A stretch of DNA of 64,000 nucleotides from NCBI GenBank assembly GCA_038087875.1, contig JAXLNO010003457.1:1-64000 (forward strand). Direction: 5' to 3'. This document shows positions 9,726 through 20,670 of the stretch, piece by piece. Positions within the stretch are counted from its first letter, which is position 1. Each line of letters opens with the position of its first letter. The position numbers and the translations under genes are program-made. The notes under the pieces were generated by a model that was given only the letters and a program-made list of their open reading frames with translations, made no database searches and was not told the DNA's origin. This DNA is from Malacoraja senta (Eukaryota).

Positions 9726-11377
9726 CATGCTTAAACACGCAGGCTTATACCGAAAATAAACTACCAGAAACTTTAGCAGAATCAACAATAACGCTTATAC
9801 CCAAAAAAGATAAAGATTTAGATGAACCGGGTTCTTACAGAGCTATATCACTTTTAAATACGGATCTGAACATTTTAGCAAACATTCTAGCAAGAAGACT
9901 GAATAATTATATTAATAAATTGGTAAACCCGGATCAAACGGGATTTATACCCAAAAGACAATCATTTAATAACTTGAGAAGGCTTTTCAATATAATGTAC
10001 TCTCACAAAGAGGACATTGAAGATATTTCAGTCGTTACGCTGGATGCAGAGAAGGCATTTGATCAGGTAGAATGGCAGTATTTATATAATGTACTCGAAA
10101 AATTTAATACGGGAGAGAATTTTATTAGATGGGTTAAACTACTTTATGATAAACCTACGGCAAGAATATTAACTAACAATATGTTATCTTCAAAATTTTA
10201 TTTATCAAGGGGTAATAGGCAGGGTTGTGCCTTATCACCATTGCTATTTGCCCTTATGATAGAACCGCTGGCTGAAAGGATTAGAAATCATCCGAATATT
10301 CACGGATATAATACCAAGGACTCAAAGAATAAAATTTCATTATATGCTGATGATATTCTTTTATATATTACTAATACACAAACGAGTATTCCCACCTTAT
10401 TAACACTAATTGAGGAATTTGGTTCTTTTTCAGGATATAGAATAAAATGGAATAAAAGCGTACCTGATAAAGATCCCGAAAGATAGATGGGAAAAGTATC
10501 TGATGAATACACATAATTGTTCCATTAATGCAAGACATAATTTAATTCAATTTAAATTATTACACAGACTATATTATTCAAAAACGAGGTTGAATAAATT
10601 TTACACAAATGTCTCTCCCAGATGCGATAAATGTTTGTTTCAAAATGCCAATATAACGCATTCATTTGTAGGATGTACAAAGTTGAATACATTTTGGAGC
10701 GATATATTTGATATATTTACAAAGCTCTTCAAGTCAAGAATAGAACCTAATATGGAATGGATTATATTTGGAATAATATTAGAAGATAGCAATTTAAACA
10801 AAGACCAAAAAGTATTCTTTAATTATGGGTTAATAATTGGAAAGAAATTGATAATTTTGGAAAAATACAGCTATACCAACTATTAAAATGTGGATTAGGA
10901 ATATGACGGACATAGCACACCTTGAAGAAACGAGACTCCGCCTAATAGATAAATATGACCAATTCTTAAGGAGTTGGTCCCCTTTCATCGACTTTTTGGA
11001 ATCATGTGATGCAGCAGTACCGTAAAGATTACTGATTTCAGGTCAGGTCGTGGATAGATTTACATCTCCAAACAAAGATTTGAAAATTTCTTTTTTAAGG
11101 GTCTTTTTCTACTATTTCTACTTTCTATTTTTTCTTTTCTTATATACACACTTCACGTTTTTCTATTTTCTACTATTTATTTTTCCTCTTTCTTTTCTCA
11201 ATTTTTTTTTTCTTTCTTTTAAAAAAATTTTTTTTTTACCTCTTTTTCAAAAACATAAAACTAGAGGTTGTACATAGAATGCATTACGTTATGACATAGT
11301 TGGCACCTAAAATTAGGTACCACTGTATTGTTTTGTATTGTATTAACTTCTAATAAAATAAACAAAACAAAAAAAAA
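9726..11377 (+). mobile_element. 5'-truncated, internally deleted L1-clade LINE with poly(A) tail and 61-bp flanking duplication
   Basis: ORF 9716-10486 has RT motifs (YRAISLLN, LDAEKAFD, RQGCALSP, YADD). 10503-10886 has a C-terminal CDKC..H..C knuckle. AATAAA plus A-tail to ~11379. Absent from units 2 and 3. Confidence 0.92.
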
Positions 11378-11920
11378 AAGAAACCACACGGATCACCCGT
11401 TGGTATCGCCCCTTACATATCCACAAACATGCTCGTGAAAAACTAGTAAATATTCTGTGAAGTCGGGGGAATCTGACGAGCAGCTAATGTTATTTTACCG
11501 ATATCTAGCTGAGGTTTATCGAGATGCTAACACATCTTTGCGAAAGAATTGCAGAGAAACGATAGCCAAATCTTTGTTAATACTAAAACAGCATTAAAAT
11601 ATTGGCGTTATTTTAAAATGACTAATATTGTAAAGATATTTTATATTTAATTAACAGTGAATCCGGGATTGGACTTTAAACGATGGAACGGTACCAAATA
11701 ATTCGTTCATATTTCCACTCCTTTGTTTTAAAATTGGGTGTCGGTAATAATCAGGCACAAGGAACCGCAACGTATTTTCAGCAAAACACAAAGTACTGGA
11801 GTAACTGAGCCGGTCAGGCAACATCTGTGGAGGGAACGGACAGATGACGTTTAGAGTCGGGACCCTTCTTCAGACTGAAGGATCGCAGTCAGTCCATCCT
11901 GAGGATGCTATGAGAATGCA

Positions 11921-12175
11921 ACGTCACCTATCCATCCCCTCCACAGATGCTGCCTGACCCGCTGAGTTACTCCAGCACTCTGTGAAACGTCACCTATCCA
12001 TGTTCTCCACAGATGCTGCCTGACCCGCTGAGTTACTCCAGCACTCTGTGAAACGTCACCTATCCATGTTCTCCACAGATGCTGCCTGACCCGCTGAGTT
12101 ACTCCAGCACTCTGTGAAACGTCACCTATCCATGTTCTCCACAGATGCTGCCTGACCCGCTGAGTTACTCCAGCA
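11921..12175 (+). repeat. 66-bp tandem repeat x4 derived from a Penelope-like terminal repeat (x3 at ~35836-36012, x2 at ~55107-55220); inverted partner at ~11785-11878
   Basis: GAAACGTCACC at 11984, 12050 and 12116. The same motif ends the Penelope-like fragment at ~20575-20655. Confidence 0.8.
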
Positions 12176-14009
12176 TTTTGTGTTTGACGACTTAGGCAAC
12201 CGGCGAAAAATTATTCTTGCAAAAAGTGCAAATCTATGAGTGAAGTTGGAAGGAACTCTCAATGCTTCAGAAACGGTAAAAACAAAACCTTCACAAGACA
12301 TAATGTTTTGGTGTAAATCTGCAATTACCGCTTCGCCCCTCGGTTGGTCCGCGAAAGCCGCACTGCCCGAATTTTGAGAAGGATTAGTTTCTAATTTTCC
12401 TTCACACACCAATGGAATTCTGCCACTTTGTGCAACGGTCGCGTTTAATGTGTGACGCCAGATATAGGTTGGTATGATTAGCAATGGGATCCGCGCGATG
12501 CTGAAGAATGTGAATTAATGGTACGGTTTGGTCAATTCTCAGCTTGGTTCTGTCTGCCAACGAGGACACCGCGAAACAGCATTAATTAAACACACCGGAG
12601 ATTCTCGTTAAAATGCACGCTTTGTATATAAACACGAACAACTGTATTTGATGGTTAGTAGGCGCTTCCCTGTCTAAATCACAGCAAAGACTCGGTGATC
12701 ACTGACGGGCCTGAAATGCGAGGTGTGCTTTTCTGATCTTGATCCCGCACCTGCACTGGTAGAGCTGGAAGCCTCGTTTAGTGAAAGGCGGCGTGTCAGA
12801 CCGACCAGTATTCGTTCATAATAAAACAATATGCCATAGATTTCAAACAATGACTTAAACGGTTTGTTTTTAAGAAGGTAAACGCACATATTCCCCGCGC
12901 ATCTGTGTGAACTGGGACACTGTACAAACACAGAACTTGGCCACGCTCACCGCAGAGTTTTCCTCTTGAAATTGCAATGATGACATTGTCCAAGAAATGT
13001 ACGCGGGGATTCCTCGTTAACGGGTCGGACACACATTCCTCGCTAACGAGTCTCAACCCGAATCGTCACCTATTCCTTCTCTCCAGAGATGCTGCCTGTC
13101 CCGCTGAGTTACTCCAGCATTGTGTGTGTATTTTAGGAACAATGTCTGCCTTACGTCTGACTGAAGCGGCACATTAGCGGTTCTGAGATTCCCGGCAAGA
13201 TGAGCGATGCCCGTACGTGTCTCTGGTGTTGTTGCAGCTTCTGTACTTCCCGCTTGCCCGGCGACAATCTCAATACCTCTCCGGACATTTTATGAGCAGG
13301 GTCCTGGTTCCTTGTAGATTGTTAGCGGAGGCGCGATCCAGCCTCGCCGATTTAATTTGTGTTCAGGTTGTGTGTGTCTGCGGGGGGAATTATCTTCGTG
13401 GTGTCCCAACTGCATGGACGGGCTGCGACCACCCGACCTCGCCACCCCACCCGGACAACTCCAGTGCGCACCAGACTACGGCGGTCCGGCACGATCCTTA
13501 ACACTAACCCTAACCCCGTTCATGGGCCTAGAAAGAAACATAAATTGGTCAACCGGGCGTAGGAAGAGGGCAGAGAGGAAATGGATGGAAGCGTTAAAGG
13601 CGCGAGAGCACAACGGCCTTAATCTAGCAACAACTCAAACCTCGGGTGGACCCTGACTGACTCCTACAAATCTACAGAAGGGCAAGTGTAAAGGCGAGTA
13701 GATTTGGACGAGGGAGATGAGACCGTGGGTCAGACCAAAGTGGCAGTACACGGTGAAAAGGAATCTCCAGGGGGAGATCAGTGAGCACGAGGCATTTTGT
13801 CCCACTGCCCAATAAATGATAACCTAACCCCGTTTCATGTTTAGGATCAAAGCCCGACAAAGCCACCGAACGCAGCTCAACCGACAGCGAGGAAAACAAC
13901 CAAAGCAACATAAAGCGAATACATTTGGTACCAAGGTCTGTTTTTACGGTGACATTCAGTCATTTTCTGTGTGGCGCTGTCAAAATGTGAAACCTCATTT
14001 AGCAAGTAT

Positions 14010-15115
14010 AAATAGTGGAGTAGCAAGATGGATTCAACAGTGGCTGAATGGGAGATACCAGAGAGTAATGGTGGATGGCTGTTTGTCAGGTTGGAGGCCG
14101 GTGACTAGTGGGGTGCCTAAGGGGTCTGTGTTGGGTCCACTGTTGTTTGTCATATACATCAATGATCTGGATGATGGTGTGGTAAATTGGATTAGTAAGT
14201 ATGCAGATGATACTAAGATAGGTGGTGTTGTGGATAATGAAGTAGATTTTCAAAGTCTACAGAGAGATTTAGGCCTTGGGAGATTGGGCTGAAAGATGGC
14301 AGATGGAGTTTAATGCTGATAAGTGTGAGGTGCTACATCTTGGCAGGACAAATCAAAATAGGACGTACATAGTAAATGGTAGCGAATTGAGGAATGCAGT
14401 TGAACAGAGGGATCTAGGAATAACTGTGCATTGTTCCCTGAAGGTGGAATCTCATGTAGATAGGGTGGTAAATAAAGCTTTTGGTGTGCTGGCCTTTATA
14501 AATAACAGCATTGAGTACAGAAGTTGGGATATAATGTTAAAATTGTACAAGGCATTGGTGAGGCCAATTCTAGACTATGGTGTACAATTCTGGTCGCCAA
14601 ATTATAGGAAAGATGTCAATAAAATAGAGAGAGTACAGAGGAGATTTACTAGAATGTTGCCTGGGTTTCAGCACCTAAGTTACAGAGAAAGGTTGAACAA
14701 GATAGGTCTTTATTCTTTGGAGCGCAGAAGGTTAAGGGGGGACTTGATAGAGATCTTTAAAATTATGAGAGGGATCGACAGAGTTGACGTGGATAAGCGT
14801 TTTCCATTGAGAGTAAGGAAGTTTCAAACAAGAGGGCATGATTTGAGAATTAAGGGACAAAAGTTTAGGGGCAACATGAGGGGGGACTTCTTTACTCAGA
14901 GGGTGGTAGCTGTGTGGAATGAGCTTCCAGTGGAAGTGGTGAAGGCAGGTTCGATTTTATCATTTAAAAATAAATTGGATAGGTATATGGACGGGAAAGG
15001 AATGGAGGGTTATGGTCTGCGTGCAGGTAGATGGGACTAGGCGGGAGTAAGTGTTCGGCACGGACTAGAAGGGCCGAGATGGCCTGTTTCCGTGCTGTAA
15101 TTGTAATATGGTTAT
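14010..15115 (+). mobile_element. CR1 LINE 3' fragment (RT C-terminal half), frameshifted; copies ~37850-38912 and ~57055-58165
   Basis: SGVP(Q/K)[29 protein letters not shown] motifs. Confidence 0.92.
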
Positions 15116-15591
15116 AAGAGTCAGGCGCGATCAGTCGGGGCTCAAACTCGTCGCGATTATCGGTAACGTCGGTGAGAATTTCCAATCCTTATAGAATCCC
15201 ACTGGTTTGCAGCTTTGTTTAATTCCCCTGGTGTTGATTTCTCTCTCCCCCCCCCATCCCACCACATTTTGGCCGTTGGTTTTCAGTGCCGAACCACCCC
15301 CCCCCCCCCCGCCGCCCGACCCCCACCCTGCACCCTGATCTCAGGTTCCATCCGACATCCACTTTCCGCCGCTCCCTCGTCCGTTCTGCGCCAGTTCTGC
15401 TCTGCTCTGGCCCGGGTGTAACGCTGGGCCCACTTTGAGGATGTTGTACAACTTTCCGGAGCGGGGCCGCCACGGAATCGGCCAATGATTACAATCGGCC
15501 AAGTGTAGCAGTTGCGCCACTTTCACCTCGTTTACAAATCACTGCGTTTATTGCCGCGAACGGCGATGAAACGTCGATAGTAAATGCTCTC

Positions 15592-18500
15592 ATAGATACA
15601 TAGAAATTAGGTGCAGGAGTAGGCCATTCGGCCCTTCGAGCCTGCACCGCCATTCAATACGATCATGGCTGATCATCCAACTCAGTATCCCGTACCTGCC
15701 TTCTCTCCATACCCCCTGATCCCTTTAGCCACAAGGGCCACATCTAATTCCCTCTTAAATATAGCCAATGAACTGGCCTCAACTACCCTCTGTGGCAGAG
15801 AGTTCCAGAGATTCACCACTCTCTGTGTGAAAAAGTTTTTCCTCATCTCGGTCTTAAAGGATTTTCCCCTTATCCTTAAGCTGTGACCCCTTGTCCTGGA
15901 CTTCCCCAACATCGGGAACAATCTTCCTGCATCTAGCCTGTCCAACCCCATAAGAATCTTGTACGTTTCTATAAGATCCCCTCTCAATCTCCTAAATTCT
16001 AGCGAGTATAAGCCAAGTCTATCCAGTCTTTCTTCATATGAAAGTCCTGACATCCCAGGAATCAGTCTGGTGAACCTTCTCTGCACTCCCTCTATGGCTA
16101 TAATGTCCTTCCTCAGATTTGGAGACCAAAACTGTACGCAATACTCCAGGTGTGGTCTCACCAAGACCCTGTACAACTGCAGTAGAACCTCACTGCTCCT
16201 ATACTCAAATCCTCTTGCTATGAAGGCCAACATACCATTCGCTTTCTTCACTGCCTGCTGCACCTGCATGCCTACTTTCAATGACTGGTGTACCATGACA
16301 CCCAGGTCTCGCTGCATCTCCCCATTTCCTAATCGGCCACCATTTAGATAATAGTCTGCCTTCCCGTTTTTGCTACCAAAGTGGATAACCTCACATTTAT
16401 CCACATTATACTGCATCTGCCAAACATTTGCCCACTCACCCAGCCTATCCAAGTCACCTTGCAGTCTCCTAGCATCCTCCTCACAGCTAACACTGCCCCC
16501 CAGCTTAGTGTCATTCGCAAACTTGGAGATGTTGCTTTCAATTCCCTCGTCCAGATCATTAATATAAATTGTAAATAGCTGGGGTCCCAGCACTGAGCCT
16601 TGTGGTACCCCACTAGTCACTGCCTGCCATTGTGAAAAGGACCCGTTTACTCCTACTCTTTGCTTCCTGTTTGCCAGCCAGTTCTCTATCCACATCAATA
16701 CTGAACCCCCAATACCGTGTGATTTAAGTTTGTATCCTAATCTCTTATGTGGTACCTTGTCGAAAGCCTTCTGAAAGTCCAGATACAACACATCCACTGG
16801 TTCTCCCCTATCCACTCTACTAGTTACATCCTCGAAAAATTCTATAAGATTCGTCAGACACGATTTACCTTTCGTAAATCCATGCTGACTTTGTCCAATG
16901 ATTTCACCACTTTCCAAATGTGCTGCTATCCCATCTTTAATAACTGACTCTAGCAGTTTCCCCACTACCGATGTTAGACTAACTGGTCTGTAATTCCCCG
17001 TTTTCTCTCTCCCTCCCTTCTTAAAAAGTGGGGTTACGTTTGCTACCCTCCAATCCTCAGGAACTACTCCAGAATCTAAAGAGTTTTGAAAAATTATCAC
17101 TAATGCATCCACTATTTCTGGAGCTACTTCCTTAAGTACTCTGGGATGCAGCCTATCTGGCCCTGGTGATTTATCGGCCTTTAATCCATTCAATTTACCC
17201 AACACCACTTCCCGACTAACCTGGATTTCACTCAGTTCCTCCATCTCCTTTGACCCGCGGCCCCCTGCTATTTCCGGCAGATTATTTATGTCTTCCTTAG
17301 TGAAGACGGAACCAAAGTAGTTATTCAATTGGTCTGCCATATCCTTGTTCCCCATGATCAATTCACCTGTTTCTGACTGCAAGGGACCTACATTTGATTT
17401 AACTAATCTCTTTCTCTTCACATATCTATAAAAACTTTTGCAGTCAGTTTTTATGTTCCCTGCCAGTTTCCTTTCATAATCTATTTTCCCTTTCCTAATT
17501 AAGCCCTTTGTCCTCCTCTGCTGGTCTCTGAATTTCTCCCAGTCCTCTGGTATGCTGCTTTTTCTGGCTAATTTGTACGCATCATCTTTTGCTTTGATAC
17601 TATCCCTGATTTCCCTTGTTATCCACGGATGCACTACCTTCCTTGATTTATTCTTTTGCCACACTGGGATGAACAATTTTTGTAGTTCATCCATGCAGTC
17701 TTTAAATGCCTTCCATTGCATATCCACCGTCAACCCTTTTAGAACTAATTGCCAGTCAATCTTGGCCAATTCACGTCTCATACCCTCAAAGTTACCTTTC
17801 TTTAAGTTCAGAACCGTTGTTTCTGAATTAACAATGTCACTCTCCATCCTAATGAAGAACTCAACCATATTATGATCACTCTTGCCCAAGGGGGCACGCA
17901 CAACAAGTCTGCTAACTAACCCTTCCTCATTACTCAATACCCAGTCTAGAATAGCCTGCTCTCTCGTTGGTTCCTCTACATGTTGGTTTAGATAACTATC
18001 CCTCATACATTCCAAGAAATCCTCTTCCTCAGCACCCCTGCCAATTTGATTCACCCAATCTATATGTAGATTGAAGTCACCCATTATAACTGTTTTGCCT
18101 TTGTTGCACGCATTTCTAATTTCCTGTTTGATGCCATCCCCAACTTCACTACTACTGCTAGGTGGCCTGTACACAACGCCCACCAGCGTTTTCTGCCCCT
18201 TAGTGTTTCGCAGCTCTACCCATACCGATTCCACATCCTCCAAGCTAATGTCCTTCCTTTCCACTGCGTTAATCTCCTCTCTAACCAGCAACGCCACCCC
18301 ACCTCCTTTTCCTTTCTCTCTATCCCTCCTGAATATTGAATATCCCTGGATGTTCAGCTCCCAGCCTTGGTCACCTTGGAGCCATGTCTCCGTGATCCCA
18401 ACTATATCATAATCATTAATTGCTATCTGCACGTTCAACTCATCCACCTTATTACGAATGCTCCTTGCATTGAGACACAAAGCCTTCAGACTTGTTTTTA

Positions 18501-19203
18501 CAACGCTCTTACCCCTTATACAATTATGTTGAAAAGTGGCTCTTTTTGATTTTTGCCCTGGATTTGTCTGCCTGCCACTTTTACCTTTCACCTTGCTACC
18601 TATTGCTTCCGCCCGCATTTTACACCCCTCTGTTTCTCTGCTCACCCATTTAAGAACCCCACCACCTCTTATTCTCTGTTTATTATTGTTTTCTTCTTTC
18701 CCCCCTACATGTTGGGTCTGAGTGCTTTCCTTCTCTGCCTCCTGCCTCACACACTGTCTAATAGCATTCTCTATTTGAGTCCCTCCCCCCAACCATTCTA
18801 GTTTAAAGTCTCCCCAGTAGCCTTTGCAGATCTCCCCGCCAGGATATCGGTCCCCCTCAGGTTCAAGTGCAACCCATCCTTTTTGTACAGGTCGAACCTT
18901 CCACAAAAGAAGTCCCAATGATCCAGAAATTTGAATCCCTGCCTTCTGCACCAGTCCTTCAGCCACGCATTTATCCTCCACCTCGCTCCATTCCTACTCT
19001 CACTGTCGCGTGGTACAGGCAGTAATCCCGAGATTGTTACCTTTGCTGTCCTTCTCTTTAACTCCCCTCCTAACTCCCTAAATTCTCCTTTCAGGACCTC
19101 TTCTCTTTTTTTACCTATGTCATTGGTACCTATATGTATCACGACCTCGGGTTCCTCTCCCTGCCCTTTCAGGATGTCTTGGACACGTTGGGACACATCA
19201 CAA
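15592..19203 (-). mobile_element. CR1 LINE, 5'-truncated in ORF1, with uninterrupted ORF2; private to unit 1
   Basis: Empty site aaatgctctc|cgatgatgc is present at ~39370-39389. The ORF1 tail has esterase motifs (HIGTND, DGLHLN). No TSD visible. Confidence 0.95.
15682..18981 (-). CDS. CR1 ORF2: apurinic endonuclease + reverse transcriptase (true start probably downstream of the annotated one); catalytic FADD mutated to FAND
   Basis: [61 protein letters not shown]. Confidence 0.92.
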   Translation of the reverse strand: MEDKCVAEGLVQKAGIQISGSLGLLLWKVRPVQKGWVALEPEGDRYPGGEICKGYWGDFKLEWLGGGTQIENAIRQCVRQEAEKESTQTQHVGGKEENNNKQRIRGGGVLKWVSRETEGCKMRAEAIGSKVKGKSGRQTNPGQKSKRATFQHNCIRGKSVVKTSLKALCLNARSIRNKVDELNVQIAINDYDIVGITETWLQGDQGWELNIQGYSIFRRDREKGKGGGVALLVREEINAVERKDISLEDVESVWVELRNTKGQKTLVGVVYRPPSSSSEVGDGIKQEIRNACNKGKTVIMGDFNLHIDWVNQIGRGAEEEDFLECMRDSYLNQHVEEPTREQAILDWVLSNEEGLVSRLVVRAPLGKSDHNMVEFFIRMESDIVNSETTVLNLKKGNFEGMRRELAKIDWQLVLKGLTVDMQWKAFKDCMDELQKLFIPVWQKNKSRKVVHPWITREIRDSIKAKDDAYKLARKSSIPEDWEKFRDQQRRTKGLIRKGKIDYERKLAGNIKTDCKSFYRYVKRKRLVKSNVGPLQSETGELIMGNKDMADQLNNYFGSVFTKEDINNLPEIAGGRGSKEMEELSEIQVSREVVLGKLNGLKADKSPGPDRLHPRVLKEVAPEIVDALVIIFQNSLDSGVVPEDWRVANVTPLFKKGGREKTGNYRPVSLTSVVGKLLESVIKDGIAAHLESGEIIGQSQHGFTKGKSCLTNLIEFFEDVTSRVDRGEPVDVLYLDFQKAFDKVPHKRLGYKLKSHGIGGSVLMWIENWLANRKQRVGVNGSFSQWQAVTSGVPQGSVLGPQLFTIYINDLDEGIESNISKFANDTKLGGSVSCEEDARRLQGDLDRLGEWANVWQMQYNVDKCEVIHFGSKNGKADYYLNGGRLGNGEMQRDLGVMVHQSLKVGMQVQQAVKKANGMLAFIARGFEYRSSEVLLQLYRVLVRPHLEYCVQFWSPNLRKDIIAIEGVQRRFTRLIPGMSGLSYEERLDRLGLYSLEFRRLRGDLIETYKILMGLDRLDAGRLFPMLGKSRTRGHSLRIRGKSFKTEMRKNFFTQRVVNLWNSLPQRVVEASSLAIFKRELDVALVAKGIRGYGEKAGTGY

Positions 19204-20135
19204 CGATGATGCAAGTCCGAGTTTGGTGTTTGGGTCTCGGTTTCGCGTAGAGTTTAGATCCCGGCCCGTCAATGTAATTGTGTTAATATTAATGTGAACT
19301 CTGGTGAGGTACTTTACAGAACATGTAGATACTAACACGGTTGTGCTATTCCAGAGACACAACATGCTGGAGTAACACAGCGGGTCAGGCAGCAATGCTG
19401 TGCCCGCGTTACGGTTATTTTGTATCACAAATGCTTTAGAAACATAGAAAAATAGGCGCAGGAGTAGGCCATTCGGCCCTTCGAGCCAGCACCGCCATTC
19501 AATATGATTATGGCTGATCATCTAAAATCAGTACTCCGTTCCTGCTTTTTCCCCATATCCCTTGATTCCTTTAAGAACTAAATGTAACTCTCTCTTGAAA
19601 GTGACCCACCTGGTTCGTCCTATTGCTTACCATCTCCCGCCACCCCCCCCCCTCACCTCTTTAAACGAGCTCTCTCCCATTAACACTGTCATGTTCCTGC
19701 ATAATCTCCACAGGAAACAATCTACCCCTTTGCTTCCACAGATGCTGCCTGACCCACCGAATTTCTCTAGAAAATCGTTTATTGCATGCATGTTTTGTGA
19801 TGTACTTACTGTTCCCAGCAATGATGTACTTTAATGTTCCCAGCTTTTAACATGGTACAGTACTTTCGTAATGCAAAACAATTATGCTTGAGATTGTTAT
19901 TTTAACATTCCTTGATTCGCCATAATATTTTCCAATACCCTGGAATTGGACCCTGTGACAGTTTGCTTGCAGGAAAGACCAGTAATAGAGAATCATTGCT
20001 AGATATTAAAATGTTTAACGACACAGAAATAAAATAATATTTTCAGAAAATGACCTGTCACCCCACCCAAAATACAATGCCCCGCACTTCACACACCTCC
20101 GCATTTGGCACATAGCCTCAGCAACCCTAGTTTGT

Positions 20136-20670
20136 ACAAGGTGAGGCAGAGGTTCACGCACCTCCTCCAACCTCATCTACTGTATCCACTGTTCCAGTTG
20201 TCAACTCCTGTACATCGACTAGACCAAGCGCAGGCTCGGCGATCGTTCCGCTGAACACCTCCGCTCAGTCCGTCTTATCCTACCTGATCTCCCGGTTGCT
20301 CAGCACTTTAACACCCCCTCACATTCCCAATCTGACCTTTCTGTCCTGGGCCTCCTCCATTGTCAGAGTGAGGCCCAGCGCAAATTGGAGGAACAGCACC
20401 TCATATTTCGCTTGGGCAGGTTACACCTCAGCGGTATGAACATTGACTTATCTAAATTCAAGTAACCCTTGCTTTCCCTCTCCCTCCATCCCCTCCACCT
20501 TTCCAGTTTTCCCACCAGTCTTAATGTCTGTGACTATATTCTATCTCTGTCCTGCCCACTCCCCTGAAATCAGTCTGAAGAAGGGTCTCGACCCAAAACG
20601 TCACCCATTCCTTCTCTCCAGACATGCTGCCTGTCTCGCTGAGTTACTCCAGCTTTTTGTGTCTATCTTT
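20136..20670 (+). mobile_element. Penelope-like element 3' fragment (decayed GIY-YIG endonuclease + terminal repeat); copies ~40163-40695, ~58858-59395, inverted ~32296-32723, ~51615-52047
   Basis: Translates to SNLIYCIHCSSCQLLYI(D/G)xTKRRLGDR..EHLRSVR...EEQHLIFRLG..MNID, followed by CTGAAGAAGGGTCTCGACCCAAAACGTCACC. Confidence 0.8.

Noticed and set aside
11921-12175. Regular repeats resembling a CRISPR array
   Set aside because: Units are head-to-tail with no unique spacers, there are no cas genes, and the context is eukaryotic.
13217-13911. CpG-rich ORFs and a CTAACCCTAACCC telomere-like motif upstream of the gene
   Set aside because: No recognisable domain or convincing exon structure, and only about two telomeric units. 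It could be regulatory DNA, but I cannot support that.
15959-18801. Plus-strand ORFs over the CR1 elements (also 25668-28823, 45695-48850)
   Set aside because: Antisense shadows of CR1 ORF1/ORF2.
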